DNA from: Blastocystis sp. subtype 4
Taxonomy: Eukaryota
Assembly (NCBI RefSeq): GCF_000743755.1
Contig: NW_014569464.1
Coordinates: 1 to 35,865, forward strand
Length of the DNA: 35,865 nucleotides
Direction: 5' to 3'
Made by a program: the position numbers and the translations under genes. Numbering within the stretch: position 1 is the first letter of the stretch; every line of letters starts with the position of its first letter. Below are positions 22,220-33,297 of the stretch, in pieces. The notes below the pieces were generated by a model that ran no database searches, was not told where the DNA came from, and saw only the letters and a program-made list of their open reading frames with translations.

Positions 22220-23979
22220 ATGTGGAGAGAACTAGCAAATGTATTACTGGCTCTAGCTATCACCGTTCTTTACATTGTATTTTCGGGGACTGCGACTAAG
22301 GAGAGTCTGCTTCACAAGGAGGTTCTTCAGTGGAACTTTCTATTTCATACAGACGATGTTTCTATATACAAACTCGAAAGTGAAAAGTAGGAATTAAGGA
22401 AGTCCGTTAATTGTAGCTTACGAGACCACTCACATCACATTTTGACGAGTTTGGATCCGGTACAGCAGTTCGATATTTCGTTAACTATTAGACTAAGAAT
22501 CCAATTCACTCCGTTCCACAGAAGTCGTTTTTTATTCCTGCAGCAGATCTCTTGTCTCAGCTCGTTCCTACGACTCCTGTTCCAACTATTCTTTCTAGAT
22601 TACCTAGTTTGATTCCACCAAAGTTAGAAGAGCCTACAGTCATCATTCCAGTTAAGGGGAAAGAACCAACTTCCAATTATTTCCGAGTGCCGGCCTATCG
22701 AGTGATTCATGGTCAGTCCTTTGGTTCTTACTATCTTGACGATATATCCAGAGGTGTAGTTACTCCTGAAGTGGTTACCAAGAATTTCTTCTTCTCCATT
22801 CTGTTTATTCCTCTTTCGTCAAGCGAGAAGGATAAACAACAACAGCTCTTCACCCAATTTCTATTCTATATGGATTCTTTGTGTTCAAAGACGAATCAAG
22901 ATGGAGATGTTATCATTCTTACTCCTCATCGTCTATCTGGTTTTGGCAACAATATTCGCTCATTAATGACTGCGTTTTACATTGCAGTTACGACCAATCG
23001 AGGCATTCGTGGTAGTTCTGTTTCTAATCCATAACATATAGTCAATTCTACCCCAAGTATCTACTGGAATATGTTTGTTCCTTTTTCAAATTTCACTGAT
23101 CCATATAGGAAATGGATTGTGAAGATGGAATGGATTCAAACAGAAATGGAGAGACAACGGTTCTTAAGACATCCTATGAGTTATTATTACCGCTATCATG
23201 CATTTAGTCTACGTACATTTTCTGATATGACATCCTCATTCATTAATCCTACTCTCTATCAAAGTGTATTTCAGAGTGATGGTATTATTCCTCCTTTGAA
23301 GGAGAAAGCTTCGGCTATCTATTTGGGACAGATGTTTCGTTCTGCTATGCTACAAGTCCTAATCAATCCAGAGGAAGGTCTCTGTAATCTAATCAACGAT
23401 CATATTGAGAAATTGAAGAAGCGACATATGATTGGAATTCAGATCCGCGTAGGAGGGTCCGAATCCAACTACAAGGAGAGACGGATTCAAGGCTACTATG
23501 CAGTGAACCATTTTTTTAATGAAGTAATTCGCTACATGAAAAAGGAGAAGATTAAACCTCAGGATGTATTCGTGTATATTTCCACAGATTCTGATATTGT
23601 TCTATCTAACATATCGGAGTTATTTAAGAAGATTCGTCCAGATATGGTGTATTCTGTGACTGATTTCCGTATTGGTCATTCTGCGATTGGTAAAACATAT
23701 CACGGAGATGGAGATGCATGGAAGGAATATAGCAGTCGAGCATTGATGGATCTTCTAATTCTCAAGGAAAGTGATTTTCTTGTTTTTTCTCAGGGTAGCA
23801 GTTATGGACAGTTTTCTCATGAGTTACAACAGACTTACAACAATCCAATATCTCCTAAGGAGTATTTGGAAGCAAAGGGATTAAAATGTTCTGTGTATGG
23901 TCATCGAAAGTTTGCTGGAAAAGCGAGGATTATCAAGAAGACTACTTCTCGAATGTTTGTGCCTTTGGAATCTCTTTAA
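22220..23979 (+). CDS. Type II membrane fucosyltransferase-like glycosyltransferase (GT37/GT23/GT11-like motifs)
   Basis: N-terminal signal anchor MWRELANVLLALAITVLYIVF. Motifs SGFGNNIRSL, IGIQIRVG, VYISTDS and ALMDLLILKESDFLVFSQGSSYG. Confidence 0.75.
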
Positions 23980-24067
23980 CCATTTCTTATTCGTTTAGCT
24001 ATCTATTCCATTTGTTTGTTAACACATGGAATGACATTGTCATTTTCTTTTTTCGTTGGAAGGAATC

Positions 24068-24875
24068 ATGGATAAATCCATGAATGAGTATCTCAATAAT
24101 TCCAAATGATGACAATAAGAGTCGAACACTCAATTCACACACTCTGCATGAAAGGGGATCTCGAAAGTGTGATGGAACTCATTGATAACGGAACTGATAT
24201 AAATGTAGGTAACAAAACTGTTAAAATCAGAAGCAGATTCGGGATGATGATCAACGAACTCCCCTTCACTGGGCATCGTCATCGAAAAATAGTGCACTTG
24301 TGGAGTATCTCCTGTCTATTTCGGGGATTCTTGTCAATGTTCAAGATGAAGTAAGTATCAAGTGATTCTATTATTATTAGGCTGGATACACACCCCTTAT
24401 GTGTGCTGTATCTGCAGGAAGGGAAAAGAATGTTGCGTTGTTACTAGGAGCCAATGCCGATGTTAATATGGAAAATGAGAATGGAGAAACTGTTCTCCAT
24501 ATGACCAAGGGTGGTTCTACTCTAACCAAGTGACATGTAGATCGATCTGACATTCTCATTCTCTTTATTGACCGTGTAGCTGATATAAACAAAAAGGTTG
24601 GTTATCGCTATGTTCGTGATATTAAGGATTGTTATGGATTAACAGTTCTCATGAAGTGTGCATCAAGGGGTTGTACTGAGAGTATCCAACTGTTACTGGA
24701 CCGTGGAGCAGACATGTCCATACAGGATGAGAATGGAAATACAGCAGCACATTATGCTGCTTTTGATAATCAGCGTGAGGCCTATGTAATGCTCCTTCAC
24801 AATGGCTACGATGAGTCAACCGTAAACAAGGAATCCAAAACTGCATTAGACTATGTACATTCTGTTGTTTCTTAA
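24068..24875 (+). CDS. PSMD10: Gankyrin-like ankyrin-repeat proteasome assembly chaperone (PSMD10/Nas6)
   Basis: DDDQRTPLHWASS, DEAGYTPLMCAVSAGR, IQDENGNTAAHYA and NKESKTALD follow gankyrin repeat order. The mRNA stop is probably made at 24861. Confidence 0.75.
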
Positions 24876-24885
24876 AACAAACAAA
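24866..24885. terminator. Bidirectional polyadenylation element (gankyrin / RPS12)
   Basis: TGTTTCTT on + and TGTTTGTT on -. The same 20-mer occurs at 29159-29178. Confidence 0.75.
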
Positions 24886-24909
24886 ACGGTGTTCTCAGTA
24901 AGAAATCAC

Positions 24910-25372
24910 TTACTGCTGGCTCTTGACGTACTCAAGAACAACTCCCAGAGCGGGACTGTCCTCACCAAAGTCAGTAATGACAGCGCTAGAGCACTTGACG
25001 ATCTTTCTGGCGTTTCCCTCAGCATCAATCTTGCAGAGTCCACACCACTGACCAAGGGTCTTTCCCTCAGGGATCTTGATCAGAGGAACCTGGCGATCAG
25101 CACAGAGAGCCTCAATCAGACGGGTGTACATAGCCTCATCGCAATCCTCAGCAAGGAAGCAAATCTGGGCAACACCACGGTCCAGAGCCTTCACAGCCAG
25201 ACGGAGACCACGCTGGAGTCCCTCATGGTGAAGAGCGTTCTTCAAAACCTCAGACACAGCGGTCATGATGTCCATTTGGGGAACAACGTTCACGCTACAC
25301 TTTAGCCACATATTCCATCAAGTACGGCTCAGCAACGGGTTCAGTAGCAACAGGAGCAGCTTCCTCAGCCAT
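24910..25372 (-). CDS. RPS12: 40S ribosomal protein S12 (eS12)
   Basis: MDIMTAVSEVLKNALHHEGL...LGQWCGLCKIDAEGNARKIVKCS. Intron at 25325-25295; ATG at 25372. Confidence 0.96.
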
Positions 25373-25521
25373 ATTAATCAATGGTGTCCTTAGAAGAGAA
25401 CAAATAGTGAAGAACGATTGAATGGTTACTAACGAATAGTGGTCTTTTGATTATTATAGAATTAGAATCAACCTCGATTTTTGGAATTCCCTGTATTTGA
25501 CAATCGGAAAGACAAGTCAAC

Positions 25522-28500
25522 ATGGACTCATCATTTCAAGAATTGTGCAAACTATATCTTCTGCAACTAACCAAAGGTTGCAAGAATGATAGTTGTCGCA
25601 ATATGGATTGTGCACGGAATTGTGTTTGTATGTGTTTTGCATAAATGGTAATGCAATAGATAATGATAAAAAACGAGTTACTTTACGAGCTGTGGAAATG
25701 GCGAAGAATGGGACTCTATTAAGCTGTTCTTCTGTAAATCGGGTTTTTAATACTCCTCTGGACAAAATTGAAACTGCTCTTCCTGAAACAGTGTGGGATG
25801 CTGAAACAAGTGGGAAAGTGTTGAAGTAGGATTGATATATATATTATAATTCCAAGGATTCTATCATTATCATTGAAAGATGAGAAGTATAAGAGAGTGA
25901 AGAGTGAATCGACTGTTTTTGAGAGCTTGCTAAAAGATATGCCTCTACTCTCTCTGGTATTTGCAGCTGCAGGGTTCTACTATGATCATGGTTGGATTGT
26001 GAACTAAGGTTCATGGTTAGGATACTTTGTGTTCACTTCCGATGAAAGAACTCGCAAAGTGATTGAGATTCTTCGGAAACATCAGAGTGTAGGAATTCTG
26101 TTCCATTCTTACTCTAGAAAGCAACAGACATGGAATATACATCATTCTCAAATGCATCTAAAGTACTAAAATCAATTCAAATTCATTTTAGTTGTCTTTA
26201 CTACCTAGTTCAATCATTGACAAAGATCGTCTTGTTCTGATGTCCTATGACCCTTTCATGGAACGCTATGGTCGTTGTGTGTTTCCTTCCACTGTAACAG
26301 TGGATGATGTCTTCTCGCTCAGTATTGATGGGGAATTCAGCAAATGTGATTTGTTGATAGCTCTATCATCTGACCTACAAGCCCTCCAGGATATGACAGT
26401 GACTGAAGGAGTGATTCACTGCAATTCTCCATTTGTTCTGATTCATATTCAGTTATCAGACACACCTCGATTCATTTTTGATTTTGGTTCGAATCTCTCT
26501 GTGGACGAACCATCATATCAAAGTACACAATTCCCTATTAACACAGAGTCCATTACACACAATGTTCACATTTTACACAGTAATTCTGAACTTAATCTCA
26601 TTCTCAATGTATCCTTGATCACACATCATCATAGCTAGAATCAATGTTACGTATGCTGTTCGGATTCAATCCTCTCTTCCATTCCATCCTCTGTCTTTCT
26701 TTCCATTCTCTCATATTCGAATGGTAATCACAAATTCAAAGCAACACTTGACTCCATTTCATTCCATCACTCCATTACTTCTCAACTCCTACAGCTTACA
26801 GAACCTGATGCCGATCCTTCTGATGAAATTGTGAGACTTCTATCGATCACTCACTCCCAGCATCCTTCTCTCCGAGATTCACCTATTGATAGTTTGATTG
26901 AACTCTGCCATTATGAACCGATCGAACCTGCTACTGCTCCTCTTCGGAGACGATATCCTGATTCTACTCGCATGGTAAGGATCATGAAAGATAATCACTG
27001 AACAGAGAGTTCTCCACTGTCATGACATGCGTGGCGGATATCACGAAGATTCTGCTATTTACGTAAATATTCCTGTTTTCTGGCATTGTAGGGAACTCAT
27101 TCTCCTTCATATATGTTCGAATATTGGTCCGTGATTGATCTGTTCGTCTATTTCTCTCATCATTTCATCACAATTCCAATATCCTTCCGATTTCTGAAAT
27201 CCATTTTTATCCTTGATTTCATCCAGCAAGTTGGATCGAAGCAGGTCATCAAAATGGTGTTCCTGTCCTGGGTACCATCCTTCTGGAAGGTCACTCAGAA
27301 GAGTTATTGAAGCAATTTCTCTGTGGACCTGATGCTGACGAACGGCGCGCTCCAATGTATTCAAAATGATTTTTTGTCATATTGTAGGTTTGATTCATTC
27401 TTTACTGAACGTTTGGTGAACATCTGTGATCATGCTCATTTCGATGGATACTTGGTGAATATTGAAATTCCATATATCCCCCCGAATTTACTTCGAATGC
27501 TACCTTCGTTTCTGAAGAAACTACGAGATGGACTTCATGAGTTGAATCCAGATGCTCAAGTTATCTGGTATGATAGTATTGATTCCCGTGGTTATCTCAA
27601 CTATCAAAACAAAGTGTCACGGGAGAATCAGGAATGGTTCCGATGTGTTGATGGTTTGTTTCTCAATTATTGGTGGACTCCCGAAGACCTCAATTCTTCT
27701 GTCTTATTAGCCAAATCAAGGTTGTTGTTCTAAGGAGTTTCAAACATAGAGCAAGAGATGTCTATGTGGGAGTTGATGTCTGGGGCAGAAATACACGAAG
27801 TGGAGGAGGGTGGAATGTACCTCAGGATCTGGCCCTGATTGAATCAAAAGGTTTATCGTGTGCATTGTTCGCAGCTGGATGGATCTTCGAACATGAATGT
27901 AATGGACAAATCAATGAAGTTTATTTCCAAAAAGAAAGACAATTTTGGCATCATACTATTACAGAAGTTACGATGGATGGATCAATGAAACTCCTTACTG
28001 ATCCCTCATGTGTAGCATTCTTTGTATCATAAATATCCTATGATTATTCGTAGTCCAAACAACATGACATTGGTTATTCATTACCCTTGTATTCAAACTT
28101 CAATTCTGTAAGAGATTGATTCATTCTCATATGTTCAGATGCTCTCTAAAATAGAGTATGTGAAGGGTATTCCTCACAGCCTCCATTTCTATTCACCTCG
28201 CTTCACCAGCACACAACCTACACTCGATATCTCATTTACAGGAGGAGCTGAACTTATGGCTGAGTTCAATTCTACGGATGGATTTGATGGAGATGGATGT
28301 CTCCTGATTCAATCACACTTGGGAGGTCGAGTCAAGAGTCAGGAATTACTCTTGTGGAGGTGCAACGACATTATGATCACCGAACCCATTATCATTGAAA
28401 CGGTTATGAAACGTTCATCAAAACACAAATCTCATTGGTCGTGGGTTCTTCGTGGAAATGTGGAAACCGTAGAACCCTTGAAAAAACAGAAATCAGAATT

Positions 28501-29168
28501 CATTCGGAGATTGGTGTTGGATGAATCGGTCAGAAATCACACAGAAGAATCAATTCTGATGATTGGCCCTAGTTTTCACACTCATTGTGGTCAGGAATGG
28601 GAGCGATTCTACTGGATCGTATATCCAGTAGTTCATGATTATCATGTCACATGTATTACTTCCATTTCATTGGCTTGTGAGTGTGAGACGTACGAAGAAG
28701 ATACACTGCGATTGGGTCTGTTTTATCTCAATAAGGTGGATTGGCATATGAGTCTACTTCAGGCGGATTGTAGGAATTTCAGAAATATCTAATATTTTAG
28801 ACAAACCGCAAAATGTCCGGATTCAAGTCTTATCGAACCCAACAAAGAGTAACAAGCGTGAAGAACTACAATGTGTTCACGGAGTGATTCGCTGGAATTG
28901 TGGAAAGAGTGATTTGGTTGTATCAGATGGTATTATTCCCGCAGTGAACTATTATCGTGTGTATGTGAATGGTCGACTGATTGGAAAAACAAAGTCAATG
29001 AGTTACTGTTTGAAGAGAAGTGAGTAAGTAATGACTGACTAATATTTAGAGAAAACAGGCAAGATTCGTTCATATGTGGTTCTTATTCAACCGGTTACTA
29101 TCTATGGAACATCAATTCCACTTCAACAATGTACTCCTTTTACTCTTTCTTTCTTTCATGTTTCTTAA
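25522..29168 (+). CDS. GH85 endo-beta-N-acetylglucosaminidase (ENGase) with an N-terminal AZUL domain and long linker
   Basis: GH85 motifs VLHCHDMRGGY, IDLFVYFSHH, FDGYLVNIE (catalytic N-x-E), VIWYDS, FLNYWW and GVDVWGR. The frame is open from ATG 25522 using introns 25628-25659, 25826-25856, 25991-26020, 26089-26117, 26163-26191, 26609-26638 and 26975-27005. Confidence 0.8.
27179..27222 (+). other. U12-type (minor spliceosome) intron with AT-AT termini, 44 nt
   Basis: 5' ATATCCTT, branch site TCCTTGAT (A at 27216), 3' AT. Removal restores the conserved TIP|PASW...HQNGVPVLGT. No GT occurs in the gap. Confidence 0.8.
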
Positions 29169-29178
29169 AACAAACAAA
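29159..29178. terminator. Bidirectional polyadenylation element (ENGase / secreted protein)
   Basis: TGTTTCTTAAAACAAACAAA, identical to 24866-24885. Confidence 0.75.
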
Positions 29179-29187
29179 TCTCTATCA

Positions 29188-30605
29188 CTATGGAAAGAAT
29201 CTTCGTTTTGTAGGTCCCAAAATATTCTTTCCTTTCACAGCCACCAAATACACTACATTTCGCACAGAACTCACATAATCAGTGACAACAATATCAAATG
29301 ATGTGTCACTAAACTGACCTGCCTAATAATCATGTTTCCACTCCATATTCACTTTTTCTCCAAATCTCATAACAATTCGATCATCAGGGTCACCTCGTTC
29401 TTTACTTTCAGGACGAACCATATAGTACACATCAAAAGGACCTCCTATCACAATACAACGGATATACAATGCATTATTGATTGTCTGGATTGTACGAATT
29501 CGAAGTGGAGTATTGTTTGGATTCCCGTGACGAGCCTCTACAAATTACCACTGATTTCTGGAAATACTGGAATCATCCACTTCGAGACCTCCACTGTTCT
29601 CTTGTGGATCTACCAAATAATCACGGGAATTCATACATACTGACAGGAAGAGGTCGTTCTCGCGGATGTACTTTCGCACTAATTTGATCTATAATTCACC
29701 CGTTTATTCCACTTTTACATTGACTTTCACGATTAAAATGAGATACAGGAGTAGGAAGCGGATCATTCAAAGATACTTTTACAATTGGACTCCGACTGTT
29801 TTCTGCTGAACATCCCACAAAAGCAAATTCAGAATCCTTATCAGTGACATTCCAACGGAAGTAATGACCATTTTTCCCTCTGATGATGAATCCCCTCTCT
29901 TATTCCTACAGACCAACGTAGTTTTCGTCTTGGAACAATTCTGCAGGAGAAACAAATGAATCCGTAGCACGATACAACACATAGTACTGAGTTTCCATAG
30001 CTGTGTTTCCACGCATTATAATTTGAGGAATACCACTATTTTCAATCAACGAAGCATCAAACGAAAGAGTATTACCAACAACATCTCATTGTTAAGGTAA
30101 ACATGAATACTTACAGTCATTTAATGGAAGATTGACATATATTGGACGGGTAATACAATGACCATTGTTGTACACACCGACAATGTACAAAGCACCAGGG
30201 AAGGTATAAAACCTTTCAGTTGATACTACCCAGTGTTCTCCTTTAATGTACTTTCCTTGGTACACTCCCTTCGTGATAACATCTTCAGGAGTCATTGAAG
30301 GGGTAGTATCATCGACAGTTAGAACAAAAAGGTTCATATAACTGGAAAGAACACTCCCCGATATGGAGGTGCTCGAAATCTCGTAAGATAGAATTGGGTG
30401 GGAGCAAGCTACAAATTATGGTGAAAATCACAGATACCTACATGTAGTACCGGTATCTGAAGAAAGAGAAAGGGAATTGTCTATGTATTTAGTTCATTCG
30501 TTGAAGGAACGTACTTCCACCAAAATAGCTGTAGCAGATGAATCCAAAGGCACCAATTAAGAGATATGTATACAATGAAAGGAGTCTCTGTCTTGACACA
30601 ACCAT
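29188..30605 (-). CDS. Hypothetical secreted or surface protein
   Basis: ATG at 30605 is followed by the hydrophobic leader MVVSRQRLLSLYTYLLIGAFGFICYSYF. Several exons look beta-strand rich. Stop TAG at 29190-29188. No family recognised. Confidence 0.55.
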
Positions 30606-30638
30606 TTTGTAATCAACAAACAAGTCTTTGCGTTAAGT

Positions 30639-33226
30639 CTAGCTTCTGAACACACAGCAACAATCGCACGTAGGAACTGCACACTTTTGATTCTCCGTCC
30701 CAAACCATTCCTGAATATGAACTAAATGACCACCATGTCCACATCGCAAACACATTGCTACCAACCCCTGATTCTTCATATGACACACACTACAAAACGA
30801 GTTCACCTCTGCCTGACGATCACCTCGTCGACTTCGTGTAATCTCATTCTCTCGCTTCAAGTGACCTAATTGCTTCGAATCACGATGCTTTCTCCATCGT
30901 TCTGGTTTCTGTCGACTCGAAGACCGCTTGCTTAGAGGTGAACCGGGTTGTCCCGTAGGAACGAATGGAACTTCAGAGAGATCAGAGGGAGGTGGAGTCT
31001 CAGAACGATCTTGATATCGAGGTCCCTCTGCAAAGAAGTGGAGAGAAGTAGCAAAATCCTTCTGATCACCAGCAGTGGCTGTTTGATAAGTCACTTCAGG
31101 AGAATAAAGTTGAATAAGAGGAATCATCAGTTGATCACACACGCCACGAATAGTCACGATTTCTTCATAATACTCTTCTCGTGTTAGAATATCAATTAAA
31201 CCATGAATCCAGGTTTGAATTTCTGAAACTGTAGTTTTGTCGTTGCGCAGATATTCCCATAATACACAACTCATCGTAATTGCAGATTGCAAGTCACCTT
31301 CTTGTGCAAGTGCTCGTAAGAATCCCAGATCCTCATCCAGTGTCAATTGAAGTGAAAACTGACAGAGAACAGGCTCACAGAGAGAAACAGGGGATTGAAA
31401 GGAGAGAAATGAACTGGTTCGAGTAGACTAATTGTGAGGTCAAGAAAGACTGTGATACAAGAGAAATATCACCTCCAGAATAGGTACGATGAGTTGAATT
31501 GATACTATTGGTACGAGACCTGCTTTGCCGCGGGGATACGGAACTTCCAGCACGAACTCGTTCGACTCCAGATTTTTCAATCTCTTCAATCTGAATCATC
31601 TCACAGAGACTTTCCCAAATAGAGCTTACAGCAGATAAACCTGTCTGTTTAGCGATCTGTGCATGATAATCGTGATTATCGCTCACCTCGGCATTATGAA
31701 GACAAACAGCAGGAAGAGAGGGATATAGAGGAGATGGAAGATAGAGATAGGAAGAAGCTAATTTCTTTATTTGGTTGGCATCGAAACGGAATCCTTCACA
31801 TGCATACAACGGATGAAGTTCAGTTATTGTGATTCGATCTGATTTAAATTCAATTAGAAGTCTTACTGTCTGTCATTGCATTCATTACTTCATTCTCTCC
31901 AAGTGATTCTAATTCATCTTCAGTTTCACTAGCATTCAAAACCGTTGCGACCCTTTGGAATGCAGTAAGTGATAGCGGTTGCCGACAAATCAACGATTTG
32001 AAGAGTGGAATTGATTGTGACGGAAAGACATCAATTGTAGTGGAGTTGGCTCCAATTTGTAGAACAGATAGATAGTCATTTGAAGTAACTGCTCCAGGAT
32101 GCGTTAACCAACTAATCTCTTTCACTTGTTGCGATTGCTCGAGAAGACGAAGTGGAAGTGTTCTATACATCAATTGAAGATCACTAGCTTACGGTTTGCG
32201 AATGTCCCACACTCCAACCACATTATTGTCAGACATACCACTAGCAGCTAGCAGATCTTAGGGAAAGAGAACAATATCAGTCGTACTTGGATTCTGCCCA
32301 TTCCAACTAATCTTCATCACTTCAAATTCTGTTTCGATGCATGAGGGAACTTCGGCATCTTCGTTCTTCATATGATACAAAGTAGAATATAGATTCGAAA
32401 ATGATAGATTATTGGTGTTGAAAAGCAGAATGGAACGATCAGAACACCCTGCTCCCATAATGCTTGGCTTAAATGGATTATAATGGATTGTAAGGAAAGA
32501 AGCACTCATTGGATGGTTGATTTTGGAAATGGGTTCAGACGAATTGACATCAAAGAGCTAGCGATTAAAGAGAGAATGAATCTATACTAAAATTGATGTA
32601 CCCTCGTGGATACAAGAGAATAGGCTATCGTGAAACGGATCAAACTCAATAGAACTGATTCCATGACTCCCACTCGGAATAAACCACTGACTAACAATTT
32701 GACTCGAACGACGATCCTATTGGTCATTTACGATCACCACTGTTACTCTAAGGACGATGGTTCCATCTTGATAACAAGAGAGTAAGAGATTCGTGTTTGA
32801 GCGATTCCAACTGATCCCCTGACAGGTTGATAGGTGTGCTCCAACGATATTAAACGATTTGATATGCTTCTCATAGTCAACATCCCAAATCACAATATTT
32901 CCATTTACTCCAGTAGATGCCATTGTATACACTACGAATCATAACAGAAACAAACCTTGACTCTCATTCGGATGTGGTTTCAGATATTTGATCGGATAGG
33001 GTCGTTCTCTCCTCTTTTCTCGAGCCAATTTGATCTCCTCATGTTTGTATCTCCATTCGGAATCAATAGACACCACATCCAAGTCTATTACTTAGGTTCC
33101 ACTTTCAATCAAACTGTTTTGGCATCCAATAAAGATCTTGGAGTTATCAATCCGACTTGGACAGAACGTATTTACAACACCTTCCGTCTTGATGCTAACT
33201 AAAGGATCAACCTCGTAGTTACGCAT
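30639..33226 (-). CDS. WDR24: GATOR2/SEA complex WD40-RING protein, WDR24/Sea2-like
   Basis: N-terminal WD40 repeats (NGNIVIWD, LLLSCYQDGTI), VCLHNAE, AQEGDLQSA, and the C-terminal RING CSVCH...MCLRCGHGGHLVHIQEWF...CDCCC. Confidence 0.8.
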
Positions 33227-33297
33227 ATTCGATGTAGAAAGGCAATCAGAGCCAGTTCTAACACAAATGGGAATAAACAAACAAATGACTAAAGCCA

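Noticed and set aside
24853..25305. 150-aa + strand ORF antisense to RPS12
   Set aside because: It mirrors a highly expressed, codon-biased gene and has no motif of its own.
26609..26638. Intron donor GTATCCTT resembling a U12 5' site
   Set aside because: It is a 30-nt GT-AG intron with no separate U12 branch sequence, so it fits an ordinary intron.
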